Source: an uncultured Verrucomicrobia subdivision 3 bacterium (GTDB lineage: Bacteria; Verrucomicrobiota; Verrucomicrobiia; Limisphaerales; DASXHY01). From it: a stretch of DNA of 64,000 nt. The notes beneath the pieces are model-generated. The model was not told where the DNA came from and ran no database searches. It was given only the letters and a program-made list of their open reading frames with translations. The DNA is taken from contig CALBZA010000017.1 of NCBI GenBank assembly GCA_937890005.1, positions 7,571 to 71,570 on the forward strand, read 5' to 3'. Made by a program: the position numbers and the translations under genes. This document shows positions 1 to 9,159 of this stretch, piece by piece (position 1 is the stretch's first letter; every line of letters begins with the position of its first letter).

Positions 1-508
1 CACGAAGCCAAGCGCGTTGCCAGACTTCTACAATCGTGTGATGCGCGTGGGCGGGACCGGCGCAAATGCCGACCGCCTCGTGAAACTGAGGATCGAACGG
101 CTTGCCCAGATCATCGCGAGCCTCGAACCCATGTCGGTTGAGAACCGTGGTCAGCTGGCGCAATGTCAGCCCGATTCCCTCACGCAATTGAACGAGCGAC
201 TCAGCCGTGCCTTGAGCTTCGCTCAATGCCCGTTCCAGGTTGTCCACGACCGGCAGGAGGTCGCGGACGAACGCATTCTTCTGTTCCGCGGCGCGCCGAT
301 CGTTTTCACGTGCGATGCGTTTCCTGAAATTGTCGAAATCTGCTGCGAGCCGGAGGTAACGATTCTTCCACTCGGCCAGCTCCGTATGAAGCGGAGCCAT
401 TTCAGGTGCCTGGGACGTGGCGTGAATGGCCGGGTTGAACGTTTCTCCCGCAGGATGAATCGAGTCCTTCCGGGAGACGTTGTCTGCCGGAATCATTTCT
501 TTGTACAT
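1..508 (-). CDS. grpE: Nucleotide exchange factor GrpE (gene continues past window start)
   Basis: Own minus-strand translation from ATG 508-506: MYKEMIPADN...LAEWKNRYLRLAADFDNFRKRIARENDRR...LLPVVDNLERAL...FDPQFHEAV. The DFDNFRKR and DNLERA blocks are GrpE hallmarks. It is missing from the ORF track because there is no stop inside the window. Confidence 0.85.
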   Translation of the reverse strand, partial: MYKEMIPADNVSRKDSIHPAGETFNPAIHATSQAPEMAPLHTELAEWKNRYLRLAADFDNFRKRIARENDRRAAEQKNAFVRDLLPVVDNLERALSEAQGTAESLVQLREGIGLTLRQLTTVLNRHGFEARDDLGKPFDPQFHEAVGICAGPAHAHHTIVEVWQRAWLR

Positions 509-591
509 GTCACTTCCTTTCCTTTCCCGGGCTGTGAACCCGGTTCGGTTTTCTCTTTGAATTGATATCTCCAGACGAGCTGGCGTTCGAA

Positions 592-948
592 TCAGGCTCG
601 CAGCGTCGGCGCGGCGCGATGGATTCGCGCCCGATGATTCCGAACGCGTCGGGCGAGCAGCGCGGTTTTGCGGCGCCGCAGCCGTCGCTCGATTTTTTCC
701 GCAACGAGATCAATGGCTGCGATCGGTTCGTGTGCGCTGTGTTCCGCGAACAGGTCGTTGCCGGGAACTTCATAATGAACCCGTGCGCTGAACTGGTGGG
801 CCGAGCGATAAGGGGAAACTTTCTGCAGTTGCACCCGGGCACGCAGCGCTCGCGGCGCGTATTGCCGCACACGCCCAAGCTTGCGCCGGACCGCCTCCTG
901 CAATTTTTCCGTCAGTTCGACGCCTTCAGTCCGGATGAGGATGTCCAT
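592..948 (-). CDS. hpf: Ribosome hibernation promoting factor / RaiA (sigma54-modulation protein family)
   Basis: ORF 592..1032. The internal start MDILIRTEGVELTEKLQEAVRRKL matches the typical HPF N-terminus, and the size (118 aa) fits. The upstream 28 aa are Arg/Lys-rich and unlikely to be coding. Confidence 0.75.
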   Translation of the reverse strand: MDILIRTEGVELTEKLQEAVRRKLGRVRQYAPRALRARVQLQKVSPYRSAHQFSARVHYEVPGNDLFAEHSAHEPIAAIDLVAEKIERRLRRRKTALLARRVRNHRARIHRAAPTLRA

Positions 949-1359
949 CGCTTCCTGTTTCCACGAACTGACCTTGATTTTCCGTGCTGCCCGGCCGCGT
1001 GGCAAAGCAGTGATGTTTGTGTTTTGTTTCATAGGCTTGTTATGGAGCAGCGCGTTGATCCCGGTTCACGCTGCATTTGTTTCTCAAGCTGGCCTCGTGC
1101 CATCGGCGTTCTTTCCAAATCCCGTGGGGAATTCGGAGAAGTCGGCCGCGAGACAACGACGCTTCCGGCTGTTTTCGTTCCGATGCCGGTCGTTTTTGTT
1201 TCGATTGCAACGAGGAGACCGGCGCTGTCGCCAATTCGAAGCCGTTGTGGAAGGGTGTCGTGTAATTGAAGAAAAGCGCAGCTGCTGCTCGGATGCGGGT
1301 TCTTTTGACCCGTCGATTGAAGCGAGGATTCGACGGGTTCGATTGCATCGTCGCCGCAG

Positions 1360-1375
1360 TGGCACACAGATGGCT
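1360..1375 (+). promoter_or_regulatory. Candidate sigma54 (-24/-12) promoter, TGGCAC-N5-TGGCT
   Basis: tggcacacagatggct has GG and GC at the canonical spacing and one mismatch to TGGCAC-N5-TTGC. It lies 15 nt upstream of ATG 1390, the first gene of the operon that encodes a sigma54 activator. Confidence 0.4.
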
Positions 1376-1389
1376 AAAGGAAGTCCATC

Positions 1390-1917
1390 ATGACTGAAAT
1401 CACAATCATTCGAACCATTGCCGCGATCGCGTTGTTTGGGGCGCTCGGGCTGATTGTCAAAGCGCTCGTCGCACCCCGGCGGCGCGACAAATTCCTGGAG
1501 GAGATTCTGGACAGCATGATGGAGCCCGAACCGGTCGGGTCGTCCGACCGGGTTCCACATGCGTCGGTTGCTCTGGATGACGCGCTTGCCGAAAGTCTGC
1601 TTCGTCATTTTGAACAATCCGCAACGTCGGGTCATGTGCTGGCGGCGCTGGCATCGCACGGCGGTGGAATGCCGGAGCCAGACGTGGCTTCTGCGGTGAA
1701 CGACCGGTTGAGTCGTCTGCACAAACGGGACCTGCCTGAATCGGTGATCCGGAAAGTGGTTAGCATTCTTGCCCGGGCCGACCTGGCGGCGGTGGAAGGA
1801 GGCCGGGTGGAACTCACCACTGCGGGCAAACGTCTCCAGGCGCTGCTCCAAGTGCGTTCGCCCGGACATTCCGCCGCGCCTGTTTTTGTTTCGCGCTCGA
1901 TGGTTGCGGCGGATTAG
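1390..1917 (+). CDS. Hypothetical membrane-anchored protein (N-terminal TM helix, C-terminal helical domain)
   Basis: 175-aa ORF with an aaggaag SD-like sequence upstream. Hydrophobic N-terminus IIRTIAAIALFGALGLIV. Co-directional with and 20 nt upstream of the kinase gene. Confidence 0.5.
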   Translation: MTEITIIRTIAAIALFGALGLIVKALVAPRRRDKFLEEILDSMMEPEPVGSSDRVPHASVALDDALAESLLRHFEQSATSGHVLAALASHGGGMPEPDVASAVNDRLSRLHKRDLPESVIRKVVSILARADLAAVEGGRVELTTAGKRLQALLQVRSPGHSAAPVFVSRSMVAAD

Positions 1918-1936
1918 ACTTCTGCCGTTCCGATCC

Positions 1937-2995
1937 ATGGACGCAAAGGTTTCATTCAGGCTCACTGAACTCGTGATTGCCGCCGCGATCATCGGGGCGG
2001 CGCTTTTTTGGGCGGAGCGAACCGCCTGGCGGGAGATCAGCGCGTTGCGGGCGGAGATGAATGTGGATCAGATCGAGAGGCTCGCCGTCGCTGACCATGC
2101 CCAGGCGGAACGTTTCGTCACGGAAACGAATGCGGCTCTTACCCGGGTGCAACGGTTCCTCTTTCTTTCGTTGCTGGGCTTGCTTGCCAGCGGAACGATC
2201 GTGCTTGTGTTTGCGTATCGCAGAATGATCGCTCCGCTGCGCACGAATCTGACTGAAAGCCGTGCGATCATCGAACGACAGGAGAAACTGGCGTCGCTCG
2301 GCGTGCTGGCCACGGGCATCGCGCATGAAATCCGCAATCCGCTCACGGCGATCAAAGTCCGGCTCTTCAGCCTCAAGGCAAACAATCGGCCCGGCACTTC
2401 CGATCATGAAGACGTGGAAGTGATTGAGAATGAGATCGACCGGCTGGAGAGAATCGTTCGCGATTTCCTGCAATTCGCCCGTCCGTCCGAGCCGGATCTC
2501 CAGGAGGTTTCAGCGGCGAAATTGCTTCAGGATGCCGTCGGGCTGCTGGCATCCGATCTGGCGAAACGATCGGTCATCCTCAAGCTGCAGCTTGAAACCG
2601 ACCAGACCGTCCGGGCCGACTGCAACAAGATGAAGCAGGTGTTGATCAACTTCATTCAGAACGCCGCGGACAGCATGGAGAATGGCGGAACCGTTACACT
2701 TCGCACCTATGTCGATGAACAATCGCTGCAGGGCAGAATCGTTCCTGTGGTCGTGTTGGAGATCGCGGACACCGGCGGCGGAATTCCGCCGGAAGTGCAG
2801 AAGCGGTTGTTCGATCCGTTCTTTACCACGAAGGAAAACGGCACCGGCCTCGGGCTGTGCATCGCGGCGCGGATTGTGGAAACGCATGGCGGTGTGATTC
2901 ATTATGAAACGCAGATGAATCGCGGCACCACCTTCAGCATTGTGCTGCCGCTCGCATTCAAAGATGAAAACCAAACCCAGGATTCTGCTCGTTGA
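1937..2995 (+). CDS. Sensor histidine kinase (HisKA + HATPase_c), NtrB/AtoS-like
   Basis: H-box GIAHEIRNPL, N-box QVLINFIQNAADS, G-boxes DTGGGIP and GTGLGL. Start taken at MDAKVSF, ahead of the TM helix. Confidence 0.85.
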   Translation: MDAKVSFRLTELVIAAAIIGAALFWAERTAWREISALRAEMNVDQIERLAVADHAQAERFVTETNAALTRVQRFLFLSLLGLLASGTIVLVFAYRRMIAPLRTNLTESRAIIERQEKLASLGVLATGIAHEIRNPLTAIKVRLFSLKANNRPGTSDHEDVEVIENEIDRLERIVRDFLQFARPSEPDLQEVSAAKLLQDAVGLLASDLAKRSVILKLQLETDQTVRADCNKMKQVLINFIQNAADSMENGGTVTLRTYVDEQSLQGRIVPVVVLEIADTGGGIPPEVQKRLFDPFFTTKENGTGLGLCIAARIVETHGGVIHYETQMNRGTTFSIVLPLAFKDENQTQDSAR

Positions 2996-4394
2996 GGATG
3001 ACACGAACATCGCCACCGGACTGCAGAAGGTGATGCGTGCGACCGGCTACGACGTCACGGCGGTGAGCCGCGGCGACGATGGCCTGGAGAAAGCGCTTGC
3101 CGAATCGTTTGACATCGTGGTCACCGATTTGAAGCTTCCCGGACTTGATGGTCTGGAGCTGGTGCGTCAGTTGCATCAGGCGAAGCCAAAGCTGCCGATC
3201 ATTCTCGTGACCGCGCACGGCACCACGGAGGTCGCGATCGAGGCGACGCGATGGGGCGCATTTGACTACGTTCCGAAACCGTTCGAAGTGGACGAGCTTC
3301 TCGATCTCACCGCCAAGGCGCTCGAAAGCAGCCGGTTGATGTCCGAGCCGGTGGAAATGGGCGAATCCGTTTCGAACCGCACTGCGATCGTTGGCAACAG
3401 CCGCGTCATGCAAAGCATCTACAAGGAGATCGGCCGCATCGCGGCGACATCCGTCACGGTGCTGATCCGCGGTGAAACGGGAACGGGGAAGGAGCTGATT
3501 GCCCGCGCCATTTACCAGCACAGCGATCGCGCGGGCGCTCCGTTCATTGCGATCAATTGCGCTGCGATTCCGGAGACGTTGCTGGAGAGCGAATTGTTCG
3601 GACACGAACGCGGCTCGTTCACAGGCGCCGACGCGCGACGAATTGGACGATTCGAACAGGCCAATGGAGGAACCATCTTCCTGGATGAAATCGGTGACAT
3701 GAATCCGAACCTGCAGGCCAAGCTGCTGCGGGTGCTTCAGGAGAAAACGATCCAGCGTGTTGGCGGGCGGGAGAATGTTCCGGTCGATGTACGGGTCATT
3801 GCCGCCACACATCGCGATCTGGAGGCGGCGATCCGTGAACGTCTGTTCCGTGAGGATCTTTACTATCGGTTGAGCGTGGTCACGATCAAGCTGCCGCCCC
3901 TCAGCCAGCGGGTGGACGACATTCCGGACATGGTCCGGTATTTCCTGCGTCGCTACGGTCCTGAAGCCGGTGTTGCCGCGCCGGCCATCACGCCCGAGGC
4001 CATTGCATTCCTGCAAAGCCAGCCGTGGCCGGGCAATGTGCGTGAGCTGGAAAACACCGTTCGCAAGGCACTGTTGAATGCGCGCGACTTCACCATCAGC
4101 GCGGATCACGTGCGGGACGTCCTGAACAAGGCACGCGAGCCGGTCGCCAGCTCGCAGCAATCCCACGCCGCGTATATCACGGAGCTCATGGATCGCGTCG
4201 AGCGCGGCGAAATCCGGAATGCGTTTGAAAAGATGCTGTCGGATCTCGAACCGGAACTTTACGCACAGGCCATCCGGCGGGCGGACGGCAACATCACCCG
4301 GGCGGCACAATGGCTTGGCATCACGCGGTTGAAGATGCGGGAGAAGCTAAAGGAATTTGGACTGCATCCGAAACAGGAGGGTGAGGCTGAATAA
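2964..4394 (+). CDS. Sigma54-dependent response regulator (REC + AAA+ + Fis-type HTH), NtrC family
   Basis: REC domain ILLVEDD...DIVVTDLKLPG, Walker A GETGTGKE, the sigma54-contact loop ESELFGHERGSFTGA, and a C-terminal HTH GNITRAAQWLGITRLKMREKLKEFG. The gene overlaps the kinase gene by 32 nt. Confidence 0.9.
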   Translation: MKTKPRILLVEDDTNIATGLQKVMRATGYDVTAVSRGDDGLEKALAESFDIVVTDLKLPGLDGLELVRQLHQAKPKLPIILVTAHGTTEVAIEATRWGAFDYVPKPFEVDELLDLTAKALESSRLMSEPVEMGESVSNRTAIVGNSRVMQSIYKEIGRIAATSVTVLIRGETGTGKELIARAIYQHSDRAGAPFIAINCAAIPETLLESELFGHERGSFTGADARRIGRFEQANGGTIFLDEIGDMNPNLQAKLLRVLQEKTIQRVGGRENVPVDVRVIAATHRDLEAAIRERLFREDLYYRLSVVTIKLPPLSQRVDDIPDMVRYFLRRYGPEAGVAAPAITPEAIAFLQSQPWPGNVRELENTVRKALLNARDFTISADHVRDVLNKAREPVASSQQSHAAYITELMDRVERGEIRNAFEKMLSDLEPELYAQAIRRADGNITRAAQWLGITRLKMREKLKEFGLHPKQEGEAE

Positions 4395-4672
4395 AAGCGC
4401 AAGCAGGGCGGTCAGGAAAGGATTGCCATTTTCGTTGTCCGACGCTCTGATTCTGGCGTGGATTCGTTCATGGGAGGGATTCAGGTGTTGGCGGCAAGCG
4501 TTTACAGATTGGTTGCAATGATCCGTGTCGAAGCTGGCGCAACGGACGTGCAGGCATCGTTGTTTGAAGTTTCTTTGAATGACACGGCCAGGGCGCCATT
4601 AGATTCCGTGCCAAGGCTTTCTTTTAGTTCCGCATGGCGACGGGCGGTTTCCTTTGATTGGAAAGGCGGTCA

Positions 4673-6787
4673 ATGACAGGGCTCCACGATCTGTTGCGAC
4701 AGCAGGCGCTCCGGCATTTCGGCAATGAAGACGCGATTCCGGAGGAATGGCGTGAATTTCTCAGGACGGTCAGTGAGACATACGTGCGTTTTGATCAGGA
4801 ACTCGCGCGCACTTCACCAACTTCGCTTGCGGCATTGGCGCCTCCCGCCGAGTCCGGTTCCGGCCACACGACTTTCGAGGAACGTTCCCGTCTCAAGTTT
4901 ATCTTTGACGCGCTGCCGATCGGCATCTGCCTCAACATCACCCGCGCCGATGGCACCACGTCGCGCGTGATCAACGACGCGCATTTCCGCATCGCAGGAA
5001 TTACTCGCGAACAGGACAAACCAGAAACCTGGCTGCGGATCACACATCCGGAAGATCGGGAACGTCAGGCAAAGCTTTTCCGCGAACTCGAGCAAAAGGG
5101 ATCGGGACAGTTTTCGTGCGATAAACGCTACGTGCATCAGGACGGACGCATCGTCTGGGTGATGTTTTCCCTCGAACGTCGCAGGCGGCCGGATGGCGGA
5201 TTCGAGGATCTTTCGTCCGTGGTGGACATCACACGGCGCAAGGTGGCTGAGGAGGAGCTGCGGCAGCTTCACGAACAGCACGAGCTGATTCTGAACTCGA
5301 TCGGTGAAGGCGTGTTCAGCATCGATTCGCACGGTTGTCTCACCTTCGACAATCCTGCTGCCCGCGGGTTGTTCGGCGATCAGGCAGGTGAATGGATCGG
5401 CCGTCCGGCACATCGGACTTTCAATCACACCCGAGCTAACGGCACGCCGCGTCCGGAACAGGATTGTCCGTTCCTGAAAACGTTGGTCGATGGCCGGATT
5501 CACCATGCCAGCAACGATTTCTTCTGGCGGAAGGACGGCTCGGGATTTCCGGTGGATTACGTCAGTACACCCGTTCATGACATCCGCGGAAAGATCATTG
5601 GAGCGACGGTTGTTTTTACGGACATCAGCGAACGGAAGCGGATTCAGGCGCAGCTGGTTCAATCGCAGAAGATGGAAACGGTCGGGCGCCTGGCGGGCGG
5701 CATCGCGCACGAATTCAACAGCATCATGACGGCCATCATCGGCCACAGCGAACTGCTGCTGCAGGATCTGCCGGCCGGCGATTCTCTTTGTTTCAGTGTC
5801 TCCGAGATTCGCCGCGCTGCCGAACGTGCGGCGACTTTGACGCGGCAACTTCTGGCCTATGGCCGGCGGCAGATTCTCCGGATGGAAGTGCTCGATCTCA
5901 ACGATGTCCTTCGCGGAATGGAGAACACGCTGCGCCATCTCGGCGGCACGAATGTGCAGCTCTCGCTGCGTTATGATCCGGACCTCGATCGTGTGCGCGC
6001 CGACGTCGGCCAGATGGAGCAGGTGATCATCAACATGGCGATGAACGCCGTCGAGGCGATGCCCGCGGGCGGCAAACTGGACCTGACCACTTCGAATGTT
6101 CTCATCAGCGAAGATAGTGCTGAAGAAGGTGAACTCAGGGCTGGCAGCTACGTAACACTTTCGATTGCCGACACCGGACGTGGAATGAGCGACGAGCTGA
6201 AGCAGCGGATTTTCGAACCGTTCTTTACCACGAAGGGAATTGGTCAAGGACCGGGTCTCGGTCTCGCGACCTGTTACGGCATCATCAAGCAGCTGGGTGG
6301 ACACATTGCGGTGACGAGCAAACCGGGCTGCGGTTCCACGTTCACGATTTACCTGCCGAAGGTGATGGATTCGGTGGCGAAAAAAGTTCCCGCCGGTGTG
6401 GAGGATCTTGTGCGCGGGACGGAAGCCATTCTTCTCGTGGAAGACGATCCGATGCTGCGCGACGTCACCGTCACAGTCCTGAAACGCCTGGGTTACGATG
6501 TCCTCGCTGCGGCTGACGGGATCGAGGCGTTGAAGCTTGTCGAAAACCGCACGGGAAAGATCGATCTGCTCCTGACCGACATCCTGATGCCACAGATCGA
6601 CGGTCGGGATCTGGCAGATCGCGTGCGGCGGATTTGTCCGAACACGAAGGTTCTGTTCATTTCTGCATTTCCGGAACATTCGAACGGGAACTTCGATCCT
6701 TCCCAACTCACTGCGCCGCTCCTTCACAAGCCATTCCCCCCGGCGGCGTTGGCCCGAATGGTCCGGCAGGTGTTGGATTGCAGCTGA
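4673..6787 (+). CDS. Hybrid sensor histidine kinase (PAS-PAS-HisKA-HATPase-REC)
   Basis: H-box GIAHEFNSIMTAIIGHSELL, G-boxes DTGRGM and GPGLGL, and a C-terminal receiver ILLVEDD...DLLLTDILMPQIDG. ATG at 4673 preferred over the TTG at 4658. Confidence 0.85.
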   Translation: MTGLHDLLRQQALRHFGNEDAIPEEWREFLRTVSETYVRFDQELARTSPTSLAALAPPAESGSGHTTFEERSRLKFIFDALPIGICLNITRADGTTSRVINDAHFRIAGITREQDKPETWLRITHPEDRERQAKLFRELEQKGSGQFSCDKRYVHQDGRIVWVMFSLERRRRPDGGFEDLSSVVDITRRKVAEEELRQLHEQHELILNSIGEGVFSIDSHGCLTFDNPAARGLFGDQAGEWIGRPAHRTFNHTRANGTPRPEQDCPFLKTLVDGRIHHASNDFFWRKDGSGFPVDYVSTPVHDIRGKIIGATVVFTDISERKRIQAQLVQSQKMETVGRLAGGIAHEFNSIMTAIIGHSELLLQDLPAGDSLCFSVSEIRRAAERAATLTRQLLAYGRRQILRMEVLDLNDVLRGMENTLRHLGGTNVQLSLRYDPDLDRVRADVGQMEQVIINMAMNAVEAMPAGGKLDLTTSNVLISEDSAEEGELRAGSYVTLSIADTGRGMSDELKQRIFEPFFTTKGIGQGPGLGLATCYGIIKQLGGHIAVTSKPGCGSTFTIYLPKVMDSVAKKVPAGVEDLVRGTEAILLVEDDPMLRDVTVTVLKRLGYDVLAAADGIEALKLVENRTGKIDLLLTDILMPQIDGRDLADRVRRICPNTKVLFISAFPEHSNGNFDPSQLTAPLLHKPFPPAALARMVRQVLDCS

Positions 6788-6850
6788 CTTTCGATGACAA
6801 ACCTTTTGAAGTGACTTCGTTCCTCGATCTTCGATCATTGCCATCCACTT

Positions 6851-7354
6851 ATGCAGAAGATTGAACCACCCGATGCGCATCATCTGTCCGCCGCAATTGG
6901 CTGGCTTGAACTCGGAAACATGTCCGAGGCGGAGGCCGAACTGAACCGCGTTTCGGCGACGCTTCAATGTCATCCCGACGTTCTTGAAGTGCGCTGGGTG
7001 CTTGCGGCGGAGGCGGAGAATTGGGACGCAGGGCTGCAGGTCGCACGCACGCTCGTCAAGATGGCTCCGGGCCGTTCGTCCGGCTGGCTGCACCAGGCTT
7101 ACGCGATCCGGCGCGCCACGGGCGGAGGCGTTCGGGCGGCTCAGGAGGCGTTGCTTCCAGCATTTGGAAAATTTCCGAAGGAGCCGACGATTCCCTACAA
7201 CCTGTCGTGTTACGCCTGCCAGTTGAACAATCTCGATGAAGCGCGCGTCTGGCTTCAACGCGCATTCGAGGCGGGAGACAAGGATACGATCAAAACAATG
7301 GCGTTGGCGGATTTGGATCTGAAACCGCTTTGGGAAGAGATCCGCACGCTGTGA
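6851..7354 (+). CDS. TPR-like helical repeat protein
   Basis: 167-aa ORF with repeated A-x-x-x-L/A-x-x-A helical hairpin patterns (WLELGNMSEAEAELNRV, NLSCYACQLNNLDEARVWLQRAFE). Confidence 0.55.
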   Translation: MQKIEPPDAHHLSAAIGWLELGNMSEAEAELNRVSATLQCHPDVLEVRWVLAAEAENWDAGLQVARTLVKMAPGRSSGWLHQAYAIRRATGGGVRAAQEALLPAFGKFPKEPTIPYNLSCYACQLNNLDEARVWLQRAFEAGDKDTIKTMALADLDLKPLWEEIRTL

Positions 7355-7392
7355 TCGAAGTGGGGATTTTCAGGGAACGTCAGATTTCCATC

Positions 7393-7544
7393 TCTCATTA
7401 ACACCGTGCTTCAGCACGGTGATATGGGGCTGAATTGAAGAAGCTGTTTCAACAGCTTTGCTTTCGAAACACAGAAACCTGTTAAAACAGCTGAGCGCCG
7501 CAATGGCCGCCGTTTCACCGCGCTGAAGCGCGGTGCTATGAGAA
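7393..7544. repeat. MITE/REP-like element, copy A (about 28-bp terminal inverted repeats, each itself a hairpin)
   Basis: The 5' end is tctcattaacaccgtgcttcagcacggtg. The 3' end is caccgcgctgaagcgcggtgctatgaga, which is its reverse complement. Related copies lie at 29638..29753 and 63632..63795. Confidence 0.7.
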
Positions 7545-7597
7545 CTGAAATCATCGGAATCAATGCGTTTTCCACCAGCTCGATTTGCTCGCCCACC

Positions 7598-7626
7598 TTG
7601 ACCTGGCTCCTGTGCGTCCTTACGTT
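7598..7626 (+). promoter_or_regulatory. Candidate sigma70-type promoter TTGACC-17-TACGTT; the -10 ends 7 nt before the ATG (leaderless mRNA predicted)
   Basis: ttgacc (7598-7603), a 17-nt spacer, tacgtt (7621-7626), then ccgttac and ATG 7634. Confidence 0.35.
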
Positions 7627-7633
7627 CCGTTAC

Positions 7634-7903
7634 ATGGCGAAATCAAACAGCAAGAAGCCTGCGAAGAAGAAAGCGATTCTGTTGGGCGTTGGACTCGATT
7701 CTGATGGCCACAAGCGCGTGACGACCGGTCCGAACTTTGCGCTGGTCGGTGGTTCAGAGGAGACCCATGAGGTCATGACGGAGAAAGTCATCAAGATCAA
7801 CGAGAAGCTTTCCGCCAAGGGAAAACAGCTGGAAGACGTGAGCCGCGAAGAGTTCGATGACATCGCGCATTCGGTGGGATTGCATCGGCCCAATCGAAAC
7901 TGA
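7634..7903 (+). CDS. Small hypothetical protein (89 aa, Lys-rich N-terminus)
   Basis: Starts MAKSNSKKPAKKKAILLGVGLDSDGHKRVTTG. The composition looks coding and the candidate promoter sits directly upstream. No family recognised. Confidence 0.5.
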   Translation: MAKSNSKKPAKKKAILLGVGLDSDGHKRVTTGPNFALVGGSEETHEVMTEKVIKINEKLSAKGKQLEDVSREEFDDIAHSVGLHRPNRN

Positions 7904-7994
7904 CGCCAACCTGCTTTCCAAACGGAAGTTGTGACGGTCTGACGATCTGGTTGTGTCCGATCTTGCTCTTTAATCCACAAAAATTGCCCATTTC

Positions 7995-8023
7995 TTGACG
8001 GGGCAGGGGTCCGTTGGTACGGT
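7995..8023 (+). promoter_or_regulatory. Candidate sigma70-type promoter of the nuo operon, TTGACG-17-TACGGT
   Basis: tttcttgacg...tacggt lies 29 nt upstream of the nuoA ATG. The same TTTCTTGAC context occurs at 25273. Confidence 0.35.
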
Positions 8024-8052
8024 GCGGCGAACTTTAGAACTGAACAGTTCGT

Positions 8053-8430
8053 ATGTCGTTCACTAATAGCCCTTACCTGCCAATTCTGGTGCTGATGATC
8101 GCAGCTCTGGGGTTTGCGCTAACGCCGCTGGCGCTTGCATGGTTGTGGGCAAGGAAGTTTTCTCCCAAAAAGGCTGGTCCCGACAAGAACGCCACTTATG
8201 AATGCGGGTTGGAATCGAAGGGCGACGCCTGGGTGCAGTTCAAGGCCGAGTATTACCTCTACGCGATCATTTTCCTGATCTTCGATGTGGAGACGATTTT
8301 CCTGCTGCCGTTCGCGGTGGCGTTTACCAGCCTGTCGGCGGGAGCATTCATCACGATGATGGTGTTCCTGTTCCTGCTGGTGGTTGGTCTTGTCTGGGCA
8401 TGGAAGAAAGGAGTGCTCAGCTGGAAATAG
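8053..8430 (+). CDS. nuoA: NADH-quinone oxidoreductase subunit A
   Basis: 125 aa with three TM segments. Contains YECG...FDVE...FLLPFA, the NuoA/ND3 signature. Confidence 0.9.
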   Translation: MSFTNSPYLPILVLMIAALGFALTPLALAWLWARKFSPKKAGPDKNATYECGLESKGDAWVQFKAEYYLYAIIFLIFDVETIFLLPFAVAFTSLSAGAFITMMVFLFLLVVGLVWAWKKGVLSWK

Positions 8431-8507
8431 ACCGGCCGACGGATAGTCCGGCGTTCAGTGATGCTGCGAAGGTTTGCGCCAAACAAGGCGCTGCTGTTTT
8501 TGATAAC

Positions 8508-9119
8508 ATGGACGAAACACTGAGAAGTGAATTGCAGAAGCAGGGGATCGTGGTGACGACCCTTGAAGAGCTGTACAACTGGGGCCGGAAGAATTCCATC
8601 TGGCCTCTGGGGTTCGGGCTCGCCTGCTGTGCGATTGAAATGATCGCGGCGTCGATGTCGCGCTGGGATCTCGCCCGGTTCGGTGCCGAGGTTTTTCGTC
8701 CGTCGCCACGTCAGGCCGATCTGATGATCGTTGCCGGGACCGTGACCAAGAAAATGGCGCCGCAGGTCGTGCGGCTTTACAACCAGATGTCGGAGCCGAA
8801 ATACGTCATCGCGATGGGCGCCTGCGCGATTTCCGGCGGACCGTTCAAGCAGGGATACAACGTGCTGAAAGGCATCGACCGGTTCATTCCGGTGGATGTG
8901 CATATTCCCGGTTGTCCGCCCCGCCCTGAGGCGTTGCTGCATGCGTTCATGACGCTTCAGCAAAGGATTGACGATCAGAAACTCACGGGGGAAAGCCGTC
9001 CGCGTCATTTGAAAGCCGATGCTCCCAGCGAATTTCCGGTGCCGGAATACGGTGAGCACGACCTTGTGCCGTCGAAAAACTCTGAAGTATGGCAGCCGCC
9101 TCAGGTGGCCAGAACGTAA
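8508..9119 (+). CDS. nuoB: NADH-quinone oxidoreductase subunit B
   Basis: [14 protein letters not shown]...[10 protein letters not shown]...IPGCPPRPE are the N2 cluster ligand motifs. Start chosen at MDETLRS; the alternative ATG at 8400 overlaps nuoA. Confidence 0.9.
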   Translation: MDETLRSELQKQGIVVTTLEELYNWGRKNSIWPLGFGLACCAIEMIAASMSRWDLARFGAEVFRPSPRQADLMIVAGTVTKKMAPQVVRLYNQMSEPKYVIAMGACAISGGPFKQGYNVLKGIDRFIPVDVHIPGCPPRPEALLHAFMTLQQRIDDQKLTGESRPRHLKADAPSEFPVPEYGEHDLVPSKNSEVWQPPQVART

Positions 9120-9159
9120 CGCTTTGAACCCGGCCTGACCGGGTTCGTTCATTTTAACT

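Noticed and set aside
17-565. 182-aa plus-strand ORF at the window start
   Set aside because: It is antisense to a near full-length GrpE reading frame that has unmistakable motifs. The plus-strand product has no recognisable features.
1334-1346. gggttcgattgc resembling a tRNA T-arm; intergenic gaps were also scanned for tRNA/rRNA
   Set aside because: There is no matching acceptor or anticodon stem around it. No other intergenic gap shows a cloverleaf-compatible sequence. This was scanned by eye only and no tRNA search tool was run.
4814-7258. 814-aa minus-strand ORF, plus similar long antisense ORFs at 2958..4310, 12679..13938, 18077..19645, 31166..32953 and 57665..59050
   Set aside because: Each lies exactly opposite a gene with clear family signatures. 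Each is Arg/His/Pro-rich with no recognisable motifs. These are typical shadow ORFs of high-GC DNA.
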